Shown one piece after another: positions 1-12,060 of a stretch of DNA of 26,833 bases (position 1 is the stretch's first letter; each line of letters starts with the position of its first letter). The translations under genes were made by a program, and so were the position numbers. The notes under the pieces were generated by a model. The model had not been told where the DNA came from, did no database searches, and saw nothing but the letters and a program-made list of their open reading frames with translations. Where the stretch lies: positions 48,746 through 75,578 of the forward strand of contig JAAOMT010000392.1 of assembly GCA_016748015.1 (NCBI GenBank). The letters run 5' to 3'. Source of the stretch: Geosiphon pyriformis uo1 (taxonomy: Eukaryota > Fungi > Glomeromycota).

Positions 1-838
1 AAAATTATTACAGCCAATGAAATAACAAAAACTCCTATTAATAAAATTAATAACTTCCTATTTAAAGTTAATGGCATTACAGCATTCATCAAAGTTTTCA
101 TGATAGAAACTATGCAGTATCAAACTTTTATTGGTAATAATTGGTTGTTTAAGACTAATACTGTATTTAACTAAATCATACAGAAGCTATAGCTTAGTCA
201 AAATAATCAGTAAATTTGGATACCAGTTATCTGCAAACACTTTAAAGCTTCTTTAAAAGAGCAATTATTAATTAAGCTAGAGAAAAAAAAAACTTACCTG
301 AAAAGCTTATCAAGTCTTGAAAGTTAAAAATAAACACAACAAATTATTATTAATACTCTTTTAGAATAATAATAAAAAAAAAAAAGAAGACAAGTCAGAA
401 GTCACTACTGCTACTGAAAAAATAACCAGTAACTGAAATAGAATATACTCCATAAATACAAGAAAAGAACCACTTTATATTTCACTAAGATACATTAATT
501 ATAAGAAGAAGTTTTTTTTTATGAAAGCTTGGATTTCATTAGATGAAAACTACTAAATACATACTTACTACTATTGTAAATCATCTCACCAAGAACATTT
601 TAATTACTCTAAATGACAAGAAAAATGAAACAACAAATCATGTCTTGTTTGTAAAGAAGTGCTATTCAATAAAAAAATATGGAATAACATTCCTGGTTAA
701 AAAAGAATGTGTAATATATTATTTCAATACACAATTTTTATTAGCAACTGGATAAGCCAAGGAATGCTTTTTAACACTGTATAAAACAGAATACTTTCAC
801 ACTTAGATAGTTACCTAATAATAAGAACAAAATTTGGT

Positions 839-858
839 NNNNNNNNNNNNNNNNNNNN
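839..858. other. Assembly gap (20 N placeholder)
   Basis: Comparison with C suggests roughly 350 bp is missing. Confidence 0.95.
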
Positions 859-1029
859 TCAAAAATCAATTGTGATTCAGACTTTGATAATGACAACAAC
901 AACAGTTTCAATTTTATTTACAATAACAATAATAACAATGACAATTCTAATTCTGATTACAACTCTAAACGATATATTATGCTCTCAGATTTTTTAATAG
1001 AGCAAAAACTCAAATGGTTTAACAATAAT

Positions 1030-1440
1030 AATAAAAGTATTATGCTAAAATACATATATAATACTGATGCAGAGTTTGATCTCAGATATTCAAAAAAAAC
1101 TGCCATTTAATTGGAATCTTATTTATGCACCAGCATAGATCTGAAAGTAGTACTAGAAATTTTGGCAACAACAATAGTCTAACTAGTCTCTAAATCCAGT
1201 TTAGTAAAAAAAAAATTAATATTAAAAGAGGAATAATTAATACAAAATATATAGGAAATATTATTGCAATGCTATAAAATAATTCAAAAAAATATATATA
1301 ATTGAACCAAATAAAAAATAATATAGACAATATTTCTGTCTCTGATTAAAATAGCTCAGTTAGTATTAGTAGGAATAAAGAAAAATTTAGAAATTATGGT
1401 AAGAAAGATACAGGGATTTAAATCAACAAATAGAATAGAT
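1030..1440 (+). pseudogene. dUTPase domain of element A pol (decayed)
   Basis: DAEFDLRY (motif 1), SKSSLV (motif 2), GIINTKYIGNI (motif 3, from GIIDAGYVG) and RKIQGFKST (motif 5, 1402-1428). Homologous to C 16780-17190. Confidence 0.85.
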
Positions 1441-1949
1441 ATACCAATTAATATAGTGAAAAAAAAACAATTAATAAAGAAAAAATTATCTCTATTTATC
1501 AATCAATTTTTATTCTACTATATGATCAGTATATAATAGTTATAGAAAAAAAAATGAAAAATCAGCCCCAGATTTTTGAAGCTAAAACAAACATTTGTGA
1601 ATTAGGAGAGATTGCCATTACCAATCTTTATATACTAGCCAAAAACCACAAACACATTAAGATTCCTATATATAACACAACTAGAAACTTTATAAAAATA
1701 CCAAGTAAAATTACTATCAGATACTTAAGCGCTAAAATTGAAAATTAACTATCAACTACTATTTCAAACTTTCCACAACTGTACAGATATATAAATATTA
1801 CATTACAAACAATCTATAAATAAAAAGAGTATTATTTATTATAATCAAAACAATTATAACAAATAAACTTGAGAAATTTAAATTTATTTTAACATATACA
1901 ACTCAAAATATTACTCAACAATTTTATTGACATTTTTGTCAGTAAAAAT

Positions 1950-4506
1950 GAATTTTGCAGAACTGATATTATCTAATATCAGATTAAGACTGGAAATACA
2001 ATGCCAATCAAACAAATAACATATAAAGTACTACTAGTTAGTCATGAAATCATCCAACAAGAAATTAACAGAATATTAGACAACAGATTAATTTAACTAT
2101 TAATAAATTCATGATTATTACCAGTAGTATTAGTCCATAAAAAAAATAAAAAAATCTACTTTTGTGTAGATTATCAGAAGCTTAATAATATTACTTATAG
2201 AAACAACTATTTAACTTCACAGATACAAAAATTATTTAATGTTTTTAAAGAAAAAAAATGGTTTTTAATATTGAACTTAGATAGTAATTACTGGCAATTA
2301 GCCATAAATTTAGCCAACAAGAAAAAAACAGCATTCACAATCAGAGAAAAAAATTTGAATTTAATGTTATGTTTTTTGGCTTAACCAATACTCCAGCTAT
2401 CTTCTAATAGCTTATGAAAATTGTTTACACCAGATTACTATGAAAATCAGTAGTAGTCTACTTGAATAACACTAACATGTTTTCCAAAACATTTAATAAT
2501 TATCTCTACTATTTTTAACAAGTATTTAAAAGATTAAGAAGAGCCAAATTGAAATTAAATATAATTAAATGCTTCTTTAGAAAAACTGAATACAAATTTT
2601 TGGAACATGTTATAAGCAAAGATAGCATCAAAACAGATTTAGACAAAATTGAAATAGTTAAGAACTTTTCAGTACCAATAAACTTGACAAAATTAAGAGT
2701 ATTTTGGAATTTGCTAGATGCTATTGCCACTTTATCTAAAATTTTTTCAAATTGGCTTAACCACTTTACCAGCTTTAAGCAAAAAAATGTTAAATATGAA
2801 TAAACCAAAACACAACAAAAAACTTTTAACATCTTAAAAAAAAAGCTTATTTAAGTTTTAATACTAATCTATTCAAATTATAGCAAGCCATTTATCATTA
2901 CTATTAATGCATTCAGTCAAGTATTGAGAACTGCATTGTTACAAAAAAGAGTAAACAAACAAAAACATATGCCAGCTGAAGTTTAAATCCAGCTAAAAAA
3001 AACTATAAAATTTTAGTATTGGAACACTTAGTTATTTATTAAACTGTTATCAAATAAAAAAAATATTTAAACCAGAAATTTAATGTATACATAGATTACA
3101 AAGAATTAACATCAATTTAAAAGCAAAAATTTTGAGACAATTGTCATATAAGATAAAAAATAGAACTATTACCATTTAATTATATCATATATTATAAAAA
3201 AAGAAAAAAAAATAGAAATATTAATAGTTTATTACAGATAAAACAAATCTAAATATTTCAACCCAAAAATATAATAAAAAATAAATACACAAAAATATTA
3301 ATAACTCTAACATTATATCAATACTCAATATTTCAAGAAGAAATTATCTCAAAAAAAACAAAACAACATAAAACAACAATTAAAATATTTTATTATTTAT
3401 CAAAATATATTATATTAAAAAAACAGAAAAAATCTAGATTAATTACTCAAAGTAATTATAGAATTAGAGAAATAAACAATACTGTTTAATATGTATTCAG
3501 ATCTAACTGCAGAATATTTTCATAAAAAAGCAATTATAAAAAGAACCAGAAAAAGATATTATTGGCTATCAATATATTCAGATATTATTTAATATGTTCA
3601 AAATTATAATATTTGTTAAAAAAAAAGGAACAAAACTTAGCAAACAACTAAGACTAATTAAAATGGGACCATTAACAATAACCAATAAAGGCAATTAATA
3701 TATAGCAGTAGTCATGAATTATTTTACAAAATAACCAGAAGTAAAAGCAATTTAAAAAGCAAATGCAAAATTTGTAGCCAAATTCATCTACCAAAATTTG
3801 ATTTGTCAACATAGATGTCTAAAAAAATTATTATTAGATCAAGAAACTCATTTTGTAAACAAAACATTAACAAAATTAAGTCAAAAATTTGAAATCAAAA
3901 GATTATTATTGTTATCATATTATTTACAAACAAATGGCTTAGTCAAAAGATTCAACAAAACATTGTGTAAAGCAATAACCAAGATTAGCCAAAAAAACCA
4001 GAATAAATGAGATTTGTTTATACTATCAGTATTATTTGTTTATTGAACAATAAAGCAAGATACTATACAAATGACATCATTTGAACTTGTCTATAATAGA
4101 ATAACAACATTACTAGTTAAGATAAATATTAATACATATCCAACAAAATCAATAACAGAAGCCAACTTCCAAAGAATAATGTTGAAAAAAATATATAACT
4201 TAATAGAAACTTTAAAAAACAAAATATGAACAGCAGCTAATAATATACAAAAATCACAAGTAAAACAAAAAGAATAACATGATAATTAATTACAAAATAA
4301 ACCAGTTGAATTCAAAATTAAAGACAAAGTACTCTTACATTATATCAAAATAGAAAAACAATAGAATAGAAAATTTGATTCCAAATAGAACAAACTATTT
4401 CACATTAAAAAAATTCTAAAAAATAAAGCTTATAAATTAAAATGAAACAACAAAATTTTACTTAATACAGTACATAAAAATTGACTAAAACCATATTACA
4501 ATATAG
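1950..4506 (+). pseudogene. RT-RNase H-integrase of element A (decayed)
   Basis: FCVDYQKLNNIT, FGLTNTPAIF, VYLNNTNMFS, KFLEHVISKDSIKTD, KRYYWLSIY and TNGLVKRFNKTL appear in Gypsy domain order. Confidence 0.9.
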
Positions 4507-5249
4507 TATTATAATTGAAACCTATACTTCTTATTAATTATTATATGTATTAGCCACTAATGTTATATAATTAGCCACTCTATTTTTAGATAGTGATCAT
4601 TGATCTAATCAATGACTTAACCATTGACCTAATAATCTGACCATTGACTTAATTATTGACCTGATTATTGACTTGATTATTGACCTGATCATTGACCATT
4701 TTTGATAGCTATATAAATGATGAATTTCTTAGCTGTAGAAAAACATATTAGAAATACAAAGCATATCAGAAATCAAGGAAATCAAATAAATAAAATAACA
4801 ACTTTTATCTCAATCATTTTCTTATTGCTAAAACTTCTTTTCTCTATCTTCAAGTATCTGAATATTTTGGGATAAAAAATTACTTGTTGGTTATTTCTTA
4901 CTTTTTTACTAAAATGTATAATTGCAACATTTGAAAATTATTAAATAAAATGTGACTAAAAAACATATCTAATACCTAATATTGAATTCTAAGAGCACCA
5001 ATGTGAGATATAAAATTATACCAGTATGTAATTATTTGTTGACAGTATGGACTATCTCTCTACTTTCAGATTTTCTGGTTATTTTTTGAAAAGTATAGTG
5101 ACTAAAATATTTTATAAGACTGATCTTGTAGATTGAATCCATACTTATTTAATTCATTCTTTGAAGTTAAATTCTCTTTGATTATTTTTATTACCCTACA
5201 ATCTTGTTCTCTTTTGCTATCTATTAGCTTGTTATTCCAATCTGTAACA
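4507..5249 (+). repeat. 5' LTR of element B (743 bp)
   Basis: Begins TATTATAATTGAAACC (decayed TGTTATGG...), ends TCTGTAACA. Matches 11573-12060 and 22643-22824. Confidence 0.92.
4597..4700 (+). repeat. 12-bp tandem array (consensus TCATTGACCTGA) in U3 of the B 5' LTR, about 8-9 copies
   Basis: Read directly. The 3' LTR counterpart has about 11 copies. Confidence 0.85.
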
Positions 5250-5255
5250 TAAAAG

Positions 5256-5272
5256 TAGTGTTTTCTGTAAGG
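5256..5272 (+). promoter_or_regulatory. Primer-binding site of element B (decayed)
   Basis: TAGTGTTTTCTGTAAGG equals TGGTGCTTCCTGTGAG (the C PBS) with transitions only. It lies 6 nt after the LTR end. Confidence 0.75.
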
Positions 5273-5301
5273 TTGTCAAAATCCACTTTGTTTTTTATTA
5301 T

Positions 5302-6855
5302 ATGAGTGATTATTCATATTTGTTATAACAATTAGAAGAACACTTTAAAGCACATAACAAAAACAATCTAGACTTTATTGAACTCAATTTTTTGCCCTCT
5401 TGCTTGATTTGCTTTCCTATCAAAGAACAATCTAGTAGACAATTCCAAGACTTTTGGAACTGATTCCTAAACAAACACTTAGCTGAAACCTATATAGCTT
5501 ATACAACTTATTATTTTGATCAAGCTTACTTTGAAAACAACTTTAAAGAAAGAAACAACAGCATCAATCAGCTTTTATATTCCACAATTTTTAAACAACA
5601 GCCTTCTGATTTCGAATATCTGAGCTATCAAATCCATACCTAGATTGCTGCCCATCAAACAACTGAAACTCTTCTTGAAACAGAAAAAGAAAGCTATTAA
5701 ACTGCTCCTGTTTTTGATCTCTTCTCAAGTAAATCAGATCATTCTATTCAAACAGTAACTTCTAAACCAATGGTTAATGATTCTATACAACAGAACATTT
5801 TGATTGCCCTCTAAAGCATACAAACTGCTTTGGAAAAAAAAAACAATACTCTCTTACTTTTGTTTAAAGGTGATCCACAAGATCCAATTGAATGGTTAGA
5901 TGACTTTGAAAGAGCTGTTACAGTCAACCAATATGATAATAAATATAAGTTCCAAATCATTGGTGACTACTTTTAAGGCTCTTTTGCTACTTGGTTCTTA
6001 CAAGAAACCAATGTCAATGCTTAGCAAAAAATCATTAGATGGGTATCAGCAAATGTTAGAGAAAACAACACTTCTTTTACTATTCGATTTGAAATAAAAT
6101 TTAGAACTCCTATCTTGATATCTAAATGGCACATAGAATTAAAAAGAAAAACCCAAGGTCTTAGTAAAGTTGTAACTGAGTATGCCAAAGCAATTAAAAA
6201 ATTAATCAAACAAGTAGACTCTAAAAAAAACTGAACAAAAGAGCAAAAGATTTATTTCTTTACAAAAAGATTGAGAACTGATTTTTCCTATGCTTTTTGG
6301 CCCCTTCTGGCACTAAAAAACAATTCCACAATAGATATGGCCATTGAACTTGCCCAGAAAATAGAAGACAATCAAAGAATATATCTAAAATCTATGCTTT
6401 TAGTTTTTGCATCTGTTTCTGTTATGGCTTCTGCTCTACAAATGGCTGCTACCTCTTTTGTTGCCTAAACTCAAGACCCAAATAAACAGTTAATAAATAG
6501 ACTTACAGCTAATTTTGCCTGGTTACTAGAATTCTTAGCTCAAGCAGTCAAAGAAAATCAACAATCTCAAAAACCCAGATTTAAACTTCATTTTAATCAA
6601 CTCCAACAACTCTCTTATTAAAAGCAACAAAATTGTGGCCCATCTGTGTGTTATCACTGTGGATTAACTGGACATTTCTCCAGAGATTACAACAATTTTT
6701 CATTGCTTTCTCCAGCTTCCAGAAACAATAACAATCAAAACAACAAAACCATCAACAACAATGTTCTTAACCAAAGACCCAATCATACCAACATCAATTT
6801 TTTTGAAGAGGATTCCTTAGTTGAAGCCACTGTTTATTAGCCTTTAAACTGGTAG
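5302..6855 (+). pseudogene. gag: gag of element B (N-terminal extension, capsid, CCHC zinc knuckle)
   Basis: ATG at 5302. Capsid-like FKGDPQDPIEWLDDFERA...TQGLSKVVTEYAKAIKKL. Knuckle CYHCGLTGHFSRD(Y) from 6649. Internal transition stops. Confidence 0.88.
6843..6849 (+). promoter_or_regulatory. Putative -1 ribosomal frameshift heptamer U_UUA_AAC
   Basis: The gag frame reads CCT TTA AAC TGG TAG. The -1 frame is open from 6843 through the protease to 7754. Confidence 0.7.
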
Positions 6856-9800
6856 ACACATCTCCAAAAGATGAGAGTACAAGCCAACTAAAAAAAAATC
6901 CTTTTTTTGCTTTTAATCTAACTGATAATGACCATAACATAGATAAACTAGTAATCAATACTTCTGAATCAACAAGAAAGAAGAAAAAAGCCAAGGTTAA
7001 TTTCGTTATAGATTCAAAAAAAGTTTCTATATCAACTGCTAATAACAATGAACCACCAAAGACTAAAGTTTTTAAAAATCCTCCAAATTTAGAACCTCCA
7101 GAAATTGTACAAAAATCTGGACCCTATTCTGTTGTCAAAGATCTTATAGAAATACCTGCTTATATTACTTTTAGCCAGTTAATGACCCATTCCCAATTTA
7201 GAAAAGATCTTTGCAAATCTTTGATTCCTAAGAAAAAGACACCAAAGACTAACAAACACCCATGTCAAGCTGGACTTGCTGACAACAGCAATGTTACTCC
7301 TCTTATTTGTAAAGCCCAAGTGGCTGGTTACTTCATTGATTTGATTTTGAACAGTAAATTATCTGTTAGTGTCATTGCCAAACATTTCTTAAAAGCAATT
7401 GGCAGAAAAATTAATAAACCATCCACAAAACCAATAACCAATATACATGGTAACAAGAAAAAAAGTCTGAGCATAGCCAAAGCTGTTCCTGTCCAAATCA
7501 ATGACATTAGCATTGAAACTGACATAGAAGTATCTGAAGTCAAAGAATACACCATAATAATTAGCAATAAATGGCTTAAGAAAGCAAAAGCCTTGCTTGA
7601 TTATAAACTCTGTAAACTGGTTATCAGATGTAATCAGAAACCTATTGTGGTTAAATGCAGTCATTGGACAACCCCTCCAGTATTCAAGCAGAACCCAGAA
7701 GTAGAACAATTAAATAAATCAGATAATGATGAAAGTGATGAAAAAAAAGATTAAAAAGAACAAAAAGAAACTACTGAATTTGCTTATACTATTTTTACCA
7801 GTAATAACAAGCCACTAGACAATGTTAAAGCTGACAAAGAAGAAATCATAGTAAATGGCAAGTTAATCTGCTGACCCTACTATGATATTCTCAGAAGAAC
7901 TTTTGATAGAAAATTTAGCAAGAAAACAAAATACAGTTATCAGTAGTATGATCCTTATGCTAAGTGCTAATGCAATAAATTTTTGTATTTCTCTAATAAT
8001 GAATACAAGTTCTGCCTAATCTATTACAAAGATTGGAAGCCAATTAGTTTGATACTCAAAAAAAAACTAAAAAAAGTATAAAAGTCTTTTGAAAATAAAC
8101 TACCTGAAATCTAATTATTAGTTGTAGAACAAAGAAAACCTTCCTCTAAAAAAAAAAAGTGAACATTGAAAATCTATTGGCTAAAAATAGCCCAGTTATC
8201 TTAAATGAAGGTAATACTCCTGGACAAACCCATAAGATACAACACACCATTACCACAAAAAAAACTTGTCTCATCTATTTGAAGCCTTATTAATTCAATT
8301 AACACAATAATAAATTCATTAAAAAAGAGATAAATTGGATGAAAAATCTTGGATTTATACAAAAAACCAAGAGTAAATAGGCTTTTCCAGTTGTAGTAGT
8401 ATTCAAGTAAGATAGAACTCTATGCTTCTGTGTTAACTACTGCCAATTAAATGCCATCATTATAAGAGATATGTATCCACTTCCCAAAATTGATACAATG
8501 CTAGATAAATTTAATGGTACTGCTTTTTTCTTAACCATTGACTTAACTGCTGAATTCTGACAAGTAAAAATAAATTTAGAAAGCAAAAAAAACAGTCTTT
8601 ATCACCAAGTATGACACTTATGAATTTACAGTCATGCCTTTTGGTCTTATCAATGCCCCTTCCACCTTTTAATGCCTAATAGACAAAGTATTTGAATTAA
8701 TAAAAGAAAACTTTGTTCTGGTCTACTTAGATGACATAATAGTCTACTCAAAAATCTGGGATGAACACCTTAAACATTTGCAGAAGGTTTTTGACTTGCT
8801 TAGAAATGCTGGCCTTAAGATCAACTCAATCAAATCTTTTTTTAAACGCCAATTCATTCAGTTTTTTGGTCATCTTATTATAAAAGATAGAATTTTTCCT
8901 GACCCAGCTAAAGTTGAAAAAGTTTAAAACATTAGACAATTAATGAATGTTCCTGAATTATGCTCATTCCTTGGTTTGGTTTCTTACTATCACAAATTTA
9001 TCAAAGATTTCTCTAAAATTGTCTTTTCTCTTAATCAACTATTCAGGAAAAATGTCAATTATTACTGGGGCACTCATTAACAAAAAGCTTTTGAAATTCT
9101 GAAGGAAAAACTTGTTACTAAACTAATTCTCAAACAACCTGATCTGGACTAACTTTTTATTCTTCACACTAATGTATCTGACTATGGACTTGGTGCTGTT
9201 TTCTTACAAAAAAATGAAGATAGCAAGAAGCATGCTATAGTATATGTCAGCAGATTCTTAATATCTGCAAAAAAAAACTATTCAGTAACTGAACAAGAAT
9301 ACTTACCAGTAGTTTGGGCTACTAATTACTAAGATCAATATCTTCTTGGTGCAAAATTTCTAGTAGTAATAGATTATCAAGCCTTGGTTTGGCTGTGCAA
9401 TAAAAAAAAGCTAGAACACAAATGAATAACTTATTGGATACTTCATTTGGATAAATTTGACTATAATATTTAACACCACAAAGAAGTAAATCATCAAAAT
9501 GCTGACACTTTCTTTAGACTTACCATCCAGTGATAGTACAATCTTTTAAACCAAATCAACCTAATTATTAGTAACTCCTTTACAAACAAACATAATAATA
9601 GACTTGGACAACTATTTTGCCTTAATAAAATTTTTGGGTAAAGAACAATATTTATTAGAATATATTCAACAGTAAAGAGAACATTTATGCAAATAATTAA
9701 ATTTCTATTTGATTTGCCAAAACCAGCTATATAAAAAAAATAAAAAAGATTTTGACCACTCTTAAAGAGTCATCAGATTTGAAAAAAAAAAATTGTAATA

Positions 9801-10900
9801 TATAACATATACACTAACCTATTAACTAAACACTTTGGAAAAACAAAAACAATTCAGAAAACTTTAGCTCATTATTATTGGCCTATCTTGGAAAAGAACA
9901 TTGCTAAATACATCAAAATCTATAATATCTGCCAAAAAAAAGGTAAATCCAATTGCAAAGAAGATATCCATTCAATCTCTGTTGGTCAATTATTTAACAG
10001 AATTGGTATAGATGTTATTAGACCTTTAACAATTACTCCTGATGACAACAAATACATTATTACAGTTACTAACTATCTTACAAAGTGAGTAGAAGCAAGA
10101 GCCACTTTAGACCAAACAGCAGTCTTAATAACCAATTTCATTTATGAAGATATTATTTGCTATTATGGCTGCCCCAAAGAACTTTTATTTAATAGAAGAA
10201 AAGCTTTTCTCAGTACACTGGTTGAAGAACTTTGTAGAAAAATAGAAATATGTTATAAATTTTCTTCTTCTTACCACCTTTAAACAAATGGCCTAATAGA
10301 ATGTTTCAATAGAACATTATGTGAAACCTTAGCCAAAACCAGTAAAGAAACAAACTTATAAGACAAAGTACTGGTTTTAGCTTTGTTTGCATATAGAACT
10401 GTAAATTATAACATAACAAGTTATAAACTTTTTTATTTGTTTTATGAACATATGGCAACACTACCAATAGAAACTGACATTGAAACAATACCCTTTGAAG
10501 AGATCACAATAGGAAATTACAAAAACATTTTGCAAAGAAGACTTGGTACCATTCTTAACTCCTTGGTAGAAGCACAAATAATTGCTTTTGAAAAAATAAA
10601 ACAGTTCCAAAAAAAGCTCAAAAAAAAATCTATAAAACACTTTCCTTAAGTATTGGTAACTTTGTATTAGAATACTGTTCAGACAAAGACAATGTCTATG
10701 ATAATAAATTCTCTAACTGGTAGAAAAAACTTTTTATAGTCAACAAAGTTTTGAATAATGGTTTTTATATTCTTCAAGATCAATCTGGAACAATTTTTAA
10801 TGATTGTTCTGTTTATAGTACACGACTTAAGAAATATTATAAACAACCTGATTGGTTGTCTGTTGTAGTAATACTGACTCAAATAATCAGCAAAAATTAA
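6843..10900 (+). pseudogene. pol: pol of element B: aspartic protease, Cys-containing linker, RT, RNase H, integrase (no chromodomain)
   Basis: PR LILNSKLS (from LILDSG) in ORF 7182-7754. RT MPFGLINAPSTF and YLDD at 8724-8735. RH FILHTNVSDYGLGAV...NYSVTEQE...NADT. IN HYYWP, IGIDVIRPL and TNGLIECFNRTL. Stop at 10898-10900. Confidence 0.93.
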
Positions 10901-10946
10901 ATATAAATAAATACACCATTCCAAAACAGAGGTATCTTCAATTGAC

Positions 10947-11603
10947 ATGAACAATTATTTTCTGGATCAAAGCATTTAAAATGCTTTCTATACTTTTTAT
11001 GAGTATTAGATTAAAAACTATTCAAATACTATTCTAACTATTGGAAAACAAACCACCATAACAGATAACAGTAGAACATATACTGTTATTAGACCAAAAA
11101 AAACCACTACCAGAAGAAAAAAAATTGGTAGCAAAATAGATAAATATCTGTTAGAAAGTATAACAGCAGCTATACTCTTATTTTCTAGCACAATTGGAAA
11201 AACAATCCAAGAAATTTTGCCCATAGACAAAAATTTGTCATATAAAAAACAATTTGAACTCTATGATTATCTTGGAAAAATTATAGAAGATATGAAACTC
11301 ATGAAGAAAACAACTTCAAAGATATATGCAGAAATTTTAAATATTATACAGTTAGATGTCTCAAGAGTTTTAACTATTGCTAAAAGAACCAAAACTCTAA
11401 TACAAAGATTTGGTCTCTTGAATACAAAATTCATTTTACCTTAAGTATTATATACCCTATCCATAAAAGACTTCAACAAACTAGTTAGCTTTAAGTTAGA
11501 TAAAACTCTTCAAATAAATTATATCATGAATAGTTTGATTTTGCTGGAGCTTAATCTCTTTGGAGAGAATAATATTATGGTTGAAACCTATACTTCTTAT
11601 TAA
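10947..11603 (+). pseudogene. ORF3 of element B: extra sense ORF (about 218 codons) between integrase and 3' LTR, function unknown
   Basis: ATG at 10947. Single frame with three premature stops (TAA/TAG). Includes track ORF 11217-11444 and ends 31 nt inside the LTR. Confidence 0.72.
11562..11572 (+). promoter_or_regulatory. Polypurine tract of element B
   Basis: GGAGAGAATAA immediately before the 3' LTR start. Confidence 0.75.
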
Positions 11604-12060
11604 TTATTATATGTATTAGCTACTAATGTTATATAATTAGCCACTCTATTTTTAAATAGTAATCATTGACTTAATCAATGATCTGATCATTAACTTGATC
11701 AATGACCTGATCATTGATCTGATCATTGACTTAATCATTGACTTGATTATTAATCTGATTATTGACCTAGTCGTTGACCTGATTATTGACTACTTTTGAT
11801 AGCTATATAAGTGATGAATTTTTTAGCTATAGAAAAGTATGTCAGAAATATAAGACATGTCAAAAATCAAGGAAATTAAATAAATAAAATAACAACTTTT
11901 ATTTCAATCATTTTTTTATTGCTAAAACTTCCTTTTTTTATCTTCAAGTATCTGAATATCTTGGGATAAAAGATCACTTATTGGTTATTTCTTACCTTTT
12001 TACTGAAATGTATAATTGCAGCATTTAAAGATTATTGAATAAAATGTGATTAAAGAGCAC
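11573..12060 (+). repeat. 3' LTR of element B, left part (contains 12-bp array at 11663-11793)
   Basis: Aligns to 4507-4966 and ends at the start of element C. Confidence 0.92.

Larger units (their letters stand above)
1..4506 (+). mobile_element. Element A: decayed Ty3/Gypsy retrotransposon, family 1 (dUTPase-bearing); pol only, 5' end outside window, 3' end cut off at element B
   Basis: Colinear with element C 15430-20006. Shows protease tail (TKTPINKINNFLFKVNG...FIGNNWL), Cys-rich insert, dUTPase, RT (YLNN for YLDD at 2459-2470), RNase H (about 2880-3240) and integrase (QTNGLVKRFNKTL). Many stops and frameshifts. Confidence 0.93.

Noticed and set aside
4597-4700. TGACCT repeats as nuclear-receptor response elements
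   Set aside because: A short motif with no evidence of an animal host.
6794-7709. Hydrophobic minus-strand ORFs (also 2515-2832, 11018-11230, 12644-12976, 15155-15391)
   Set aside because: Antisense shadows of A-rich sense frames with no independent motifs.
10947-11603. Calling ORF3 an env gene
   Set aside because: No signal peptide, furin site plus fusion peptide, or C-terminal transmembrane helix is evident.
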